Assembly: GCA_965215605.1 (NCBI GenBank)
Contig: OZ244070.1
Coordinates: forward strand, 3,616,001-3,680,000
DNA length: 64,000 nucleotides
Direction: 5' to 3'
From: an uncultured Candidatus Binatia bacterium
GTDB taxonomy: Bacteria; Desulfobacterota; Binatia; UBA9968; JAJDTQ01
A model generated the notes under the pieces. The model was not told where the DNA came from. It saw only the letters and a list, made by a program, of their open reading frames with translations, and ran no database searches. A program made the translations under genes and the position numbers. This document shows, one piece after another, positions 1 to 9,848 of this stretch (its first letter is position 1; every line of letters starts with the position of its first letter).

Positions 1-515
1 AGGTGGGGCGCGGCACCAGCACCTTCGACGGCATCTCCATCGCCTGGTCCCTGGCCGAGTTCCTGCACGAGTCGCCGCACCGGCCCCGGACTCTCTTCGC
101 CACCCACTACCATGAGCTCACGGGGCTGGCCCGCACCCGGGAGCGGGTCCGGAACTTCAACTTCGCGGTCAAGGAGTGGCAGGGGGAGGTGATCTTCCTG
201 CGCACGCTGAAGGAGGGTCCGGCCAGCCGCAGCTACGGCATACAGGTGGCCGGGCTCGCGGGATTGCCGCCGCCGCTCATCGATCGGGCCCGGGAGATCC
301 TGAAGAATCTCGAGGGAGAGGAGTTGAACGCCTGGGGACAACCGAGGCTGGCCGGCGCCGAACCGGCTTCGGAAGGGGTCCAGTTGATGCTGTTGGAACC
401 CCGGCAGGACCGGTTGCGGGAAAAGCTCCAGGCCGTCGACGTCAACGTCCTTACCCCGCTGGAGGCGCTGACTCTCCTGGAGGGGCTCGTGGCGGAGGCG
501 AAACAAGGAGGCTGA
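1..515 (+). CDS. mutS: DNA mismatch repair protein MutS, C-terminal part (5'-truncated by window edge)
   Basis: GRGTSTFDG, FATHYHEL and SYGIQVA motifs of the MutS ATPase domain; C-terminal LTPLEAL tetramerisation motif. Confidence 0.96.
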   Translation, partial: VGRGTSTFDGISIAWSLAEFLHESPHRPRTLFATHYHELTGLARTRERVRNFNFAVKEWQGEVIFLRTLKEGPASRSYGIQVAGLAGLPPPLIDRAREILKNLEGEELNAWGQPRLAGAEPASEGVQLMLLEPRQDRLREKLQAVDVNVLTPLEALTLLEGLVAEAKQGG

Positions 516-1637
516 TTGGCGCGCTGGGTGGCCGTACTGCTTCTGCTGTGCGTCATCGGCCCGGCGGCCGATGGGTACGCCGTGGTGCCGAAGGCGCGGC
601 TTACGGGCGTGCGTTTCCTCTCCTCGGCCAACTACACGCGGGTGATCCTGGATCTCACCGGCCGGGTGAAGTTCACGATCAACACCCTGCCTGCCGCTCC
701 CGAGAAGCGCCTCCCTCCGAGGATCTACATGGATCTGGCGGGGGCTCGCCTGACGGCCCGCCGGCACCGTGTCGACGTCAAGGACAGGCTCGTGCAACGG
801 GTCCGCCTGGGTCAGTTCAAGGAGAACGTCGTGAGGGTCGTGCTGGACCTCAAGTTCCCCGGGCACCACGACGCGGTGTTGCTGGCCAATCCACACCGGC
901 TGATGGTGGACGTGGAGCGACGGGGCGGGTCCGCCAACCGCCGGCAACTGGCGGTTCGCAAGATCGTGCTGGATCCGGGGCACGGGGGAAAGGACCCCGG
1001 CGCCGTCGGGGCCGGGGGCCTGAGGGAGAAGGACGTGGTGCTGCGGGTGGCCAGGAAGCTGGCGCCGCTCCTCCGGCAACGAATGGGGGCGGACGTGGTC
1101 CTCACCAGGAATACGGACGTCTTCATACCCCTCAAGGGAAGGACGGCCAAGGCCAATGCCGAGCAGGCCGACCTGTTCCTGTCGATTCATGCCAACGCGA
1201 GCCACAATCGCAGGGCCGGAGGCCTCGAGACCTACTATCTCGACAAGACCACGGATGAAGCCACCATGAAGCTCGCCGCGAGGGAGAACGGCACCGCCCG
1301 CAGGAATCTCACGGACTTGCAGATCATGTTGAGTGACCTCAAACTGAACGTGTACTTGGCGGACTCCATCAGCCTGGCGAGCCACCTGCAGACCTCGCTG
1401 GTGAAGACCACCCGGCCGCACTACGCGCGGGCGAAGGACCTGGGAGTGAAGAAGGGGCTGTTCTACGTTCTGGTGGGAGCACGAATGCCGGCGGCGCTGG
1501 CGGAACTGTTCTTCGTCAGCAATCGCCGGGAGGCCCGGGCGTTGCAGCGTCCCAAATTTCAGAACGCCATCGCCGGGGGGTTGTTCCAGGGCATCAAGAA
1601 CTACGCCGACAGGCTGCGCGAGAGAGGGAGCCCTTGA
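516..1637 (+). CDS. N-acetylmuramoyl-L-alanine amidase (AMIN + Amidase_3)
   Basis: Signal peptide; LDPGHGGKDPGA, EKDVVL, SIHANA and AELFFVSN motifs. Confidence 0.93.
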   Translation: MARWVAVLLLLCVIGPAADGYAVVPKARLTGVRFLSSANYTRVILDLTGRVKFTINTLPAAPEKRLPPRIYMDLAGARLTARRHRVDVKDRLVQRVRLGQFKENVVRVVLDLKFPGHHDAVLLANPHRLMVDVERRGGSANRRQLAVRKIVLDPGHGGKDPGAVGAGGLREKDVVLRVARKLAPLLRQRMGADVVLTRNTDVFIPLKGRTAKANAEQADLFLSIHANASHNRRAGGLETYYLDKTTDEATMKLAARENGTARRNLTDLQIMLSDLKLNVYLADSISLASHLQTSLVKTTRPHYARAKDLGVKKGLFYVLVGARMPAALAELFFVSNRREARALQRPKFQNAIAGGLFQGIKNYADRLRERGSP

Positions 1638-4387
1638 TGACGACATCGGCCGCGAGAGGCGAGGACAGGTGCGGTCCGGAGCGCCGGGTGGAGGCCAACG
1701 GCGGCGCCCCTTGGCGCCGGCTTGCCGAGGAGCAGGTCCGGAGCTCGAAACCGGGAGAAGGGGTGCGGGTCTACATCGACCTGGGCCGGCGGCGTTTGCT
1801 GGAGGCCCATCGCGCCGGCGCCTCGGGGTCGGAGGTGGTGCGGGCGCAGGGGGCGATGATCGACGGGCTCCTGCGGCGTCTTCTGGAGTTGGCGGAGCAG
1901 GATTACCGCGGCCGGCGGATGCGTTGCGCGGTGGTGGCTCAGGGGGGATACGGAAGAGACGAGCTCAATCCGCACTCCGATATCGACATCCTCTTTCTCT
2001 ACGGCTGGCGCGGCGGCCCCTACGTGGAGTTCGTCACGGAAAAGATCCTCTATCCCTTGTGGGACGCCGGGCTGACGGTAGGCCACGCCACCCGCACGGT
2101 GGCGGACTGCGCGCGCCACGCCCGGCGCGACCCTGTGATACAGACCGCGCTGTTGGACGCGCGTCACATTTGCGGCGACGAGCGGTTGCATCGCGATCTG
2201 CAGCGGGTGCTTGGGCGGCAACTCGGCGGCGGCGCCGGGGACAGCTTCGTCGCAACCAAGATCGACGAGCACGGCCGGCGCCACCAGCGGTACGGCGAGT
2301 CCGTCTTCCTGCTGGAACCCGACATCAAGGAAGGGCAGGGCGGCTTGCGCGACATCCACACCGCCATGTGGATCGCCCGGGTCAAGTACGGCGCCGCCAC
2401 CCTGCAGGACCTTTCGAAGACGGGCCTGCTGGAGACCAGGGATGCGGCGGCGCTGGAACGCGGCCGGGACTTTCTCTGGCGCACCCGGAACGAGCTGCAT
2501 TTCCTGGCGGGACGGCATCAGGATCGGCTTACCTTCGAGTCCCAGGAACAGGCCGCCCGGCAACTGGGTTTTGAGAGCGAGGGGAACCTGAGCGAGGTGG
2601 AGACCTTCATGCGCGCCTACTACCTGCAGGCCGAGGAGGTGAGCCGCCTGACTTCCCTGGTCATCCACCGCTCGGTGGACCACGATCCGTCTCAGCGCGG
2701 GAAACCCCGCTCCGGCCGGCGATTGCGTCCGGGCGTGCGGATCACCGGGCGGACCCTGGCGGTGGCCCCCATGAACGGCGACGGTGACCGGGCCGAAGGG
2801 TTGCTCGACCTCTTCGCCGACCTGCAGCGATACCGGCTGGACCTGGGGCAGGATTCGCGGGAGATCGTCAGGGCCCGGGTGGAGGCCCTGGAAGGGGAGC
2901 TGTCGGGCTCGGCGGACGCCAACCGGGCGTTCCTCGCCATCCTCCGCGGCAGCCAGTGGATCCACGAAACCCTGCTGGAGATGCATCGCACCGGCGTGCT
3001 GGACGCCGTCGTCCCGGAGTTCGCCCGGGTCCGCTGCATGGCGCTGCACGACCTGTACCACATCTATACCGTGGATCAGCATCTAATACGGGCGGTCAAG
3101 GAGTTCGAGCGTCTGCGGTCGGGGGAGTTCGAGGAAACGCTGCCCCGGCTGTCGCAGCTCGCGCGGGAGCTGGAGCGGCCCGAGATCCTGATCCTGGGCA
3201 TTCTGTTCCACGACATCGGCAAGGGCCAGGGCGGCGGCCACTCGGAGCTGGGGCGCGTGATGGCGTTGGATGCGGCCGCGCGCATGAGTCTCAACGAGGA
3301 CGAGCGGGAGCTGCTGTCCTTCCTGGTGCTCCATCACCTGCTGCTCACCGCCACGGCGTTCCGGCGCGATATCCGGGACGAAAAGACCGTGACGGATCTG
3401 GCCGATGTCATGGGCACGGCCGAGAATCTCAAGGCTCTCTACGTCCTGACCTATTCGGATGTGAAGGCGGTGGGGCCGGACGTATGGAACAACTGGAAGG
3501 CATCGCTGCTGGACGAGCTGTTCAACCGTACGCTCGAGGTGCTGGAGGAACGTGAGAAGGGCGAGTCCGCGAGATCGGACCAGGATCTCAAAGTGCAGCG
3601 TATCCACGACCGACTGATGACGCAGCTCGGGGCGGAGCACCCGGTGGACGAAGTCCGGCGGGACTTCATCGAAGCCATGCCCAGGCGCTACTTCCTCACC
3701 ACCCGCGAGGAAGACATGCCTTTCCACTACCGGCTGTTGCGGCGTCTCCGGGACGAGCCGTTCCTGGCCGCGGTGTTCCATCATCCCGAACACGGCCACA
3801 GCGAGGTCGCCATCTGCGCCCAAGATCAGCCCGGGTTGTTCGCCTCCATCGCCGGCGTCTTCGCGGCCATGGAGCTCAACGTGCTCAGCGCCCGCATCAA
3901 TACCCGCCGGGACGGACTCATTCTCGACGTATTTCGCATCTCGCATCAGGGCAAGGCCGAGGTGGTGATGGATCCGGGAAAGTGGTCGCGCATGGAGTTG
4001 TCCCTGGAAAGGGTGCTGAAGGGCAAGGCCGACGTGGCCGAGCTGGTACGCCGGTCGCGGCCCTCGTTGTCCCGGAGGCCCGCGGTCCGGGTCTCCACCC
4101 AGGTGCGCTGGGACAATGCCGCGTCCGACGACTTCACCGTGATCGAGGTCTACACTCGGGATCGGCCGGGGGTCCTCTTCACCATCACCTACCTGCTCTC
4201 CAAGCTGGACGTCTCCGTCCACCTGGCGAAGATCTCCACCGACGTGGACCGGGTGGCGGACGTGTTCTACGTGGCGGACGCGGAGGGCGGGAAGATCCGC
4301 GACGAGGGGCGGTTGGAGGCTCTGTGCGAGGCCCTTCAGCGCGAACTGGAGCCGAACGATGACGGACGACCTCACGCGGCAGGTTGA
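1637..4387 (+). CDS. glnD: [protein-PII] uridylyltransferase GlnD
   Basis: GGYGRDELNPHSDID nucleotidyltransferase motif, EPDIKEGQGGLRD, HD domain (FHDIGKG), two C-terminal ACT domains; ATG overlaps the amidase stop (TGATG). Confidence 0.95.
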   Translation: MTTSAARGEDRCGPERRVEANGGAPWRRLAEEQVRSSKPGEGVRVYIDLGRRRLLEAHRAGASGSEVVRAQGAMIDGLLRRLLELAEQDYRGRRMRCAVVAQGGYGRDELNPHSDIDILFLYGWRGGPYVEFVTEKILYPLWDAGLTVGHATRTVADCARHARRDPVIQTALLDARHICGDERLHRDLQRVLGRQLGGGAGDSFVATKIDEHGRRHQRYGESVFLLEPDIKEGQGGLRDIHTAMWIARVKYGAATLQDLSKTGLLETRDAAALERGRDFLWRTRNELHFLAGRHQDRLTFESQEQAARQLGFESEGNLSEVETFMRAYYLQAEEVSRLTSLVIHRSVDHDPSQRGKPRSGRRLRPGVRITGRTLAVAPMNGDGDRAEGLLDLFADLQRYRLDLGQDSREIVRARVEALEGELSGSADANRAFLAILRGSQWIHETLLEMHRTGVLDAVVPEFARVRCMALHDLYHIYTVDQHLIRAVKEFERLRSGEFEETLPRLSQLARELERPEILILGILFHDIGKGQGGGHSELGRVMALDAAARMSLNEDERELLSFLVLHHLLLTATAFRRDIRDEKTVTDLADVMGTAENLKALYVLTYSDVKAVGPDVWNNWKASLLDELFNRTLEVLEEREKGESARSDQDLKVQRIHDRLMTQLGAEHPVDEVRRDFIEAMPRRYFLTTREEDMPFHYRLLRRLRDEPFLAAVFHHPEHGHSEVAICAQDQPGLFASIAGVFAAMELNVLSARINTRRDGLILDVFRISHQGKAEVVMDPGKWSRMELSLERVLKGKADVAELVRRSRPSLSRRPAVRVSTQVRWDNAASDDFTVIEVYTRDRPGVLFTITYLLSKLDVSVHLAKISTDVDRVADVFYVADAEGGKIRDEGRLEALCEALQRELEPNDDGRPHAAG

Positions 4388-5276
4388 CCGGTTCCTGGAG
4401 ATGGCCGCGGTGGAACGGGGGCTCGCGGCCAATACCCTGGAGGCCTACAGCCGCGATCTCAACCGGCTGGCGGAGTTCCTGTTCCAGCGGGGCGTCACCG
4501 CCTGGGAGGGCGCCACCCGCTCGCACCTGCGGGCCTATATCGCCGAGCTGCGGGCGCGCCGCCTGAGCGAGCGTTCCGCGGCGCGTCTGCTGGGCAGCAT
4601 GCGACGGTTCTTTCGCTTCCTCCTGAAGGAGGAGGTGCTGTCCGCCGACCCTGTCCCGGAGTTCGCCTCCCCCAACAGCACGGGGAGCTTGCCGAAGACT
4701 CTGGGGTCCGAGGACATGCGCGCGCTGCTGGAGCAGCCGGACGAGGCAAAGCCCCTGGGCGCGCGGGATCGCGCCATGCTGGAGCTCCTGTACGGCTGTG
4801 GCTTGCGGGTTTCGGAACTGGTTACACTCACCCTGCAGCAGGTCGACCGGGAGGGAAACTACCTCACGGTCAGGGGCAAGGGAGCGAAGGTCCGCCTCGT
4901 TCCCTTCGGGCGCTGGGCGCAGGAACGGCTTGAACGCTATCTGCGGGAGGTCCGTCCCCGCTTCCTGACGCGCGGGTACAGCGACTACTTGTTCCTCACA
5001 CGTTCAGGCAAGCCGCTCACGCGCCAAGGCTTCTGGAAGCTGCTCCGCGGGTACGCCCTCCGGGCCGGGCTTCAGCACCGGGTCACCCCCCATACCCTGC
5101 GCCATTCGTTCGCGACGCATCTTCTGGATGGAGGTGCGGACCTGCGGGCCGTTCAGTCGATGCTGGGGCATTCGGACATTACCACCACCCAGATCTACAC
5201 GCACGTGAGCCGGAGCCGCGTCAAGCAGGTCCACGAGCGGTTTCACCCCCGGGAAGCCCCTCGCCGCAAGCGTTGA
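4359..5276 (+). CDS. xerD: Site-specific tyrosine recombinase XerD
   Basis: GLAANTLEAYSRDL N-terminus, LYGCGLRVSEL, PHTLRHSFATHLL, LGHSDITTTQIYTHV. Confidence 0.93.
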   Translation: MTDDLTRQVDRFLEMAAVERGLAANTLEAYSRDLNRLAEFLFQRGVTAWEGATRSHLRAYIAELRARRLSERSAARLLGSMRRFFRFLLKEEVLSADPVPEFASPNSTGSLPKTLGSEDMRALLEQPDEAKPLGARDRAMLELLYGCGLRVSELVTLTLQQVDREGNYLTVRGKGAKVRLVPFGRWAQERLERYLREVRPRFLTRGYSDYLFLTRSGKPLTRQGFWKLLRGYALRAGLQHRVTPHTLRHSFATHLLDGGADLRAVQSMLGHSDITTTQIYTHVSRSRVKQVHERFHPREAPRRKR

Positions 5277-5304
5277 CACGCGACGCCGCCCGCATCCTGC
5301 TTCC

Positions 5305-5331
5305 GTCACCCCGGGCTTGACCCGGGGCCCA
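5305..5331. repeat. REP-like palindrome
   Basis: GTCA-CCCCGGG-CTTGA-CCCGGGG-CCCA: 7-bp perfect stem downstream of xerD. Confidence 0.55.
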
Positions 5332-5419
5332 GAGGCGGGGCGGCGAACGGACCGCCTGAGCTGCATCGCGGCCCGAAACCCGTGTTGTTTTTTGCCAGCA
5401 CGTCACTTAAGAATGTTCA

Positions 5420-6076
5420 ATGTCCCAAGAGTTCCTGTGGCAGATCTCCATCTGGGCATTCCCGGTGCTCGTGGCCATCGTCTTTCACGAGGTGGCGCAC
5501 GGATGGGTGGCCTACCGCCTGGGAGATCCCACGGCTGCCCTCATGGGCCGGCTGACCCTGAACCCTCTTCCCCACATCGACCCCGTCGGAACGGTGCTGC
5601 TGCCGGCCCTGCTGATCTGGGCGGGGGGTCCGGTGTTCGGCTACGCCAAGCCGGTGCCGGTGGACTACAACAACCTGAAGGACCCCAGGCGGGACATGAT
5701 CCGCGTGGCGCTGGCGGGGCCCGGAGCCAACCTTGTCCTGGCACTGTTGAGCATGTTGCTGCTGAAGCTGCTGTTGTTGAGCGGCAGCTTCTCGGCCGGC
5801 TCGATGACCTCCTACCTGTGGTACATGGGCCTCACCAGCGTGCGCTTGAACGTAATGCTGGCAGTGTTCAACATCCTTCCGGTACCGCCGCTGGACGGCG
5901 GACGGGTGCTGGTGGGTGTTCTGCCGGACGCCCAGGCCATGCAGGTGGCCCGTGTCGAGCCCTTCGGCTTCATCATCGTGGTGGCTCTGCTGATGACCGG
6001 AGTCCTGACCTACACGCTGGTGCCGATCATGGATATGGTGGTGTGGTTTCTGGCCGTCATCGTCGGAGTCGTGTAA
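5420..6076 (+). CDS. Site-2 protease family (M50) membrane metalloprotease
   Basis: HEVAH zinc motif, AGPGAN, FNILPVPPLDGG; several hydrophobic segments. Confidence 0.93.
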   Translation: MSQEFLWQISIWAFPVLVAIVFHEVAHGWVAYRLGDPTAALMGRLTLNPLPHIDPVGTVLLPALLIWAGGPVFGYAKPVPVDYNNLKDPRRDMIRVALAGPGANLVLALLSMLLLKLLLLSGSFSAGSMTSYLWYMGLTSVRLNVMLAVFNILPVPPLDGGRVLVGVLPDAQAMQVARVEPFGFIIVVALLMTGVLTYTLVPIMDMVVWFLAVIVGVV

Positions 6077-6085
6077 GTTGAGCCC

Positions 6086-7063
6086 ATGGAAACCATCGTA
6101 AGCGGGGCGCGCCCCACCGGACTGCTTCATCTGGGTCATCTCCACGGAGCCCTGCGCAACTGGGTCGGGCTGCAGCAGGACTATCGCTGTTTCTTCTTCA
6201 TCGCCGACTGGCATGCGCTGACCACGGACTATCAGTCTCCGGACGGCATCATGGAGAGCACCCGCGCCATGGTGGCGGAATGGCTCAGCGTCGGCCTCGA
6301 TCCGGCCAAGTGCACGATCTTCCGGCAGTCGGACATCAAGGAGCATGCCGAGCTCCATCTGCTGTTGTCCATGTTGACGCCGGTGTCCTGGCTGGAACGG
6401 AACCCCACCTACAAGGAACAGTTGCGGGAACTCAGCGAACGCGACCTGTCCACCTATGGCTTCCTCGGCTACCCGGTGCTGCAGGCGGCGGACATCATCA
6501 TGTACAAGGCCCACCGGGTGCCCGTGGGAGTGGATCAGGCCCCTCACGTGGAGTTGACCCGCGAGATCGTCCGGCGCTTCAACAGCTTCTACGGTCCGGT
6601 TTTTCCCGAGCCGGACGTGCTGCTCACCGAGACCCAGCGGCTGCCGGGCCTGGACGGTCGCAAGATGAGCAAGAGCTACGGCAATTCCGTTTTGCTATCG
6701 GATCCCCCGGAGATCATCGACAAGAAGCTGAGCAGGATGGTGACCGACACCGCCCGCGCCCGGCGGACGGACCCGGGCGAGCCGGAGAAGTGTCCGGCCT
6801 TCAACCTGCACAAGATCTACTGTACGCCGGAGGAGATCCGGGAAGTGTCCGAGGGCTGCCGCAGCGCCGGCATCGGCTGCCTGGACTGCAAGAAGGTGAT
6901 GATTCGCCACGTCATCGACGATCTCGAACCGTTCCGGGAGAAAAAGGACTACTACGAGAAGCGCCCCGATGACATCCGCGACGTCATTGCGGAGGGCAAC
7001 CGGGTGGCCGGCGCCGAAGCCGCCGCGACCATGAACGAAGTCCGGTCGGTGCTGACGCTTTAA
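6086..7063 (+). CDS. trpS: Tryptophan--tRNA ligase
   Basis: SGARPTG..HLGH (HIGH), YPVLQAADI, KMSKS. Confidence 0.97.
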   Translation: METIVSGARPTGLLHLGHLHGALRNWVGLQQDYRCFFFIADWHALTTDYQSPDGIMESTRAMVAEWLSVGLDPAKCTIFRQSDIKEHAELHLLLSMLTPVSWLERNPTYKEQLRELSERDLSTYGFLGYPVLQAADIIMYKAHRVPVGVDQAPHVELTREIVRRFNSFYGPVFPEPDVLLTETQRLPGLDGRKMSKSYGNSVLLSDPPEIIDKKLSRMVTDTARARRTDPGEPEKCPAFNLHKIYCTPEEIREVSEGCRSAGIGCLDCKKVMIRHVIDDLEPFREKKDYYEKRPDDIRDVIAEGNRVAGAEAAATMNEVRSVLTL

Positions 7064-7074
7064 CCTGCTGTAGG

Positions 7075-7845
7075 ATGGCGGTGCACGTTCAACTGAAGAT
7101 CTACGAGGGTCCGTTGGACCTGTTGCTCCACCTGATCAAGAAGAACGAGCTCGACATCGTCGACATTCCCATCGCATCCATCACGGAGCAGTATCTCGAG
7201 GCGCTGGAGCAGATGCAGGGCCTCAACCTCGACGTCTCGGGCGAGTACCTCGTGATGGCGGCGACCCTGCTGCAGATCAAGTCCAGGATGTTGCTTCCCC
7301 CCGAGCACGAAGACGCAGAGGAGGACGACGAGGCGGGCGAAACCCGGGAGGACCTGATCCGCCGCCTGCTGGAGTACGAGCGGTTCAAGAACGCCGCCAG
7401 GGACCTGGAGGAGCGGGACATTCTCAACCGGGACGTGTTCGCCCGGCAGGGGCAGCCCGAGCGCGTGGCCGCGGAGGTGAGTTTCGAGCAGATCTCCGTG
7501 TTCGACCTGATGTCGGCGCTGCAACGCGTGCTCGAGCGGTTCCCGGATGCCTCGGTTCACACGGTGGTGCAGGAGACGGCGTCGGTACGGGAGCGCATGA
7601 CCTACATTCTCGACACGTTGCACGGCGGCGTGCCGGTCCTGTTCCAGGACCTGTTCGACGCCGCCCGCTCCAGGATGGACGTGGTGGTGACCTTCCTGGC
7701 TCTGCTGGAGTTGGTCCGGATCCGGGCGGTCCAGGCGGTCCAGAGGGAACGCCTCGGACCCATCGTCATGGAGCCGACGCTCTCGCTGTCCGAGGCCAGC
7801 GCGGCCATGGAGACGAATCCGCCGGGGGGTGAGTATGGAGAGTGA
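7075..7845 (+). CDS. scpA: Segregation/condensation protein A
   Basis: YEGPLDLLLHLI N-terminus, VVTFLALLEL C-terminus. Confidence 0.95.
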   Translation: MAVHVQLKIYEGPLDLLLHLIKKNELDIVDIPIASITEQYLEALEQMQGLNLDVSGEYLVMAATLLQIKSRMLLPPEHEDAEEDDEAGETREDLIRRLLEYERFKNAARDLEERDILNRDVFARQGQPERVAAEVSFEQISVFDLMSALQRVLERFPDASVHTVVQETASVRERMTYILDTLHGGVPVLFQDLFDAARSRMDVVVTFLALLELVRIRAVQAVQRERLGPIVMEPTLSLSEASAAMETNPPGGEYGE

Positions 7846-8440
7846 GCGTCTCAAGGCGGTCCTCGAAAGCCTGCTGCTGGCGGCGGACGGTCCGGTGTCC
7901 GCGGAACGTTTGACCGGTGCCCTGGACGAGGTGCCGCGGAAGGACGTGGTCGCCGCCTTGGCGGAGTTGGGGGAAGAGTACGAGCGGACGGGACGGGGGC
8001 TGCGGCTCGCCGAGGTGGCCAACGGCTACCAATTGCGGACGGCCAGGGAGCATGCGGAGTTCGTCCGCCGGCTTACGGCGGTCAAACCCGCACGGGTGAG
8101 CCGGGCGAACCTGGAAACCCTGGCCATCATCGCGTACCGCCAGCCCGTCACCCGCGCCGAGATCGAGGAAATCCGCGGCGTCAGCGTGGACGGCGTCGTA
8201 TCCACGCTCCTGGAGCGGCGGCTGATCCGGATCGTGGCCCGCAAGGACGTACCCGGAAAACCGTTCCTCTACGGCACCACGAAGGAGTTCCTGGAGGCGT
8301 TCAACCTGAAGGATCTGAAAAGCCTGCCCACCCTCCAGGAGATGGAGGACATGACCCGGGCGCTGCGGGAACCCGCGGCGGCGGACTCCGACGGCGGGGA
8401 CCCCGTACCCCCGCCGGGCCACCAGGACGAGGCGGACTGA
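7835..8440 (+). CDS. scpB: SMC-Scp complex subunit ScpB
   Basis: LETLAIIAYRQPVTRAEIEEIRGV and LYGTTKEFL motifs. Confidence 0.95.
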   Translation: MESERLKAVLESLLLAADGPVSAERLTGALDEVPRKDVVAALAELGEEYERTGRGLRLAEVANGYQLRTAREHAEFVRRLTAVKPARVSRANLETLAIIAYRQPVTRAEIEEIRGVSVDGVVSTLLERRLIRIVARKDVPGKPFLYGTTKEFLEAFNLKDLKSLPTLQEMEDMTRALREPAAADSDGGDPVPPPGHQDEAD

Positions 8441-8443
8441 CCG

Positions 8444-9172
8444 GTGGAACGGCTTCAGAGGATCATCGCGCACGCGGGGCTGGCTTCGCGGCGCCAGGCG
8501 GAGCAGTGGATCGTCGAAGGCCGCATCACGGTCAACGGGCGCCGCGTCCGGGAGCTGGGCACCCGCGCCGACGCCGGGCGCGACCGCATCTGTGTGGACG
8601 GAAGGGTGCTGCGGCCGGCGGCGTCCAAGGCCTATCTCGCGTTCCACAAGCCGGCCGGCGTCATCACCACCATGCGGGACACCGAAGGGCGGCCCTCGGT
8701 GGCGGATTACCTCAAGGCCGGCGGACACCCGTCCGGGGTGGTGCCGGCAGGGCGCCTGGACTACGCTACCTCGGGCCTCCTGCTGCTGACCAATGACGGC
8801 GATCTGGCCTACCGCCTGACCCATCCCCGCTACGGCGTCCCCAAGACCTACGAGGTCAAGTTGAGCGGCATGCCCTCGGCGGCGCAACTGGAGCGTTTGC
8901 GGCGGGGGGTCGGGCTGGAGGACGGGGTCACGGCGCCGGCGGAGGTGAGCGTGTCGCGGCGCCTGAAGCAGAAGGTGTGGCTCAAGGTCGAGCTCCGCGA
9001 GGGCCGCTACCGGGAAATCCGCAGGATGGTGGAAACCGTGGGGCACACGGTGGAGCGGCTGGTGAGAAGCCGCTTCGGCCCCATCGCCCTCGGACCACTG
9101 GGCCGGGGCGAGATACGGCCCCTGACCGAGGGAGAGGTAGCCCGCCTCAAGCGGGCGGTGAACCTCTCGTAG
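8444..9172 (+). CDS. rluB: 23S rRNA pseudouridine synthase (RsuA/RluB family)
   Basis: S4 domain ERLQRIIAHAGLASRR; GRLDYATSGLLLLTNDG catalytic motif; position after scpB. Confidence 0.85.
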   Translation: MERLQRIIAHAGLASRRQAEQWIVEGRITVNGRRVRELGTRADAGRDRICVDGRVLRPAASKAYLAFHKPAGVITTMRDTEGRPSVADYLKAGGHPSGVVPAGRLDYATSGLLLLTNDGDLAYRLTHPRYGVPKTYEVKLSGMPSAAQLERLRRGVGLEDGVTAPAEVSVSRRLKQKVWLKVELREGRYREIRRMVETVGHTVERLVRSRFGPIALGPLGRGEIRPLTEGEVARLKRAVNLS

Positions 9173-9192
9173 GGGCGGGTTTCAAACCGCCC
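9169..9192 (+). repeat. GTAG-type REP palindrome overlapping the rluB stop
   Basis: GTAG-GGGCGGG-TTTCAAA-CCGCCC. Confidence 0.6.
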
Positions 9193-9256
9193 GTGCGCGT
9201 GCGCCGCCATCGCCCGACACAGGTTCCAGTGCAAGGCATGGGGGAGAGAGCCGTCC

Positions 9257-9805
9257 ATGGCAACTCACGATCATCACCACCATCACGGCGGCGGCCGTTA
9301 CCGCTTCTGTCCCCGCTGCGGCGGCGCGCTGGCGCCGCGCATCGTCAAGAGCAACGAACCCGAGCGCCTGGTCTGCGAGAACTGCTCCTTCATCTTCTAC
9401 CAGGACCCCAAGGTCGTGGCCGGCACCATCTGCATGCTCGACGGCGGCGTGGTGCTGCTTCGCCGGGGCATCGAGCCGGCCATGGGCAAATGGGTGTTTC
9501 CGGGCGGTTACGTGGACCGGGGCGAAAGCACCACCGAGGCGGCGGTCCGCGAGACTCTGGAAGAAAGCTGCCTGGAGGTGGCGACCCGGTCGCTTCTGGG
9601 CGTGTATTCCTATCCCAAGTCCTCCAACATCATCATCGTCTACGTGGCGGAGGTCGTCGGCGGGACCCTGGCGGCCGGGGACGAGAGCACCGAGGCCGGG
9701 ACCTTCCCGCTGTCACGGATTCCCTGGGACGAGCTGGCTTTTCCCAGCACCGCCGAGGCCCTCGATGACTTCGGCCGTCTTTATGGGGAGGGGAAAATGT
9801 GTTAG
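9257..9805 (+). CDS. NUDIX hydrolase with N-terminal zinc ribbon
   Basis: CPRCG...CENC ribbon; Nudix box GGYVDRGESTTEAAVRETLEE; His-rich N-terminus. Confidence 0.9.
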   Translation: MATHDHHHHHGGGRYRFCPRCGGALAPRIVKSNEPERLVCENCSFIFYQDPKVVAGTICMLDGGVVLLRRGIEPAMGKWVFPGGYVDRGESTTEAAVRETLEESCLEVATRSLLGVYSYPKSSNIIIVYVAEVVGGTLAAGDESTEAGTFPLSRIPWDELAFPSTAEALDDFGRLYGEGKMC

Positions 9806-9848
9806 AGAAGGCCGGGTTTGCTGAACATTCCCGAAAGGAGATTCATTG

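Noticed and set aside
4359-5276. xerD as a mobile-element integrase
   Set aside because: Canonical XerD sequence in a housekeeping context.
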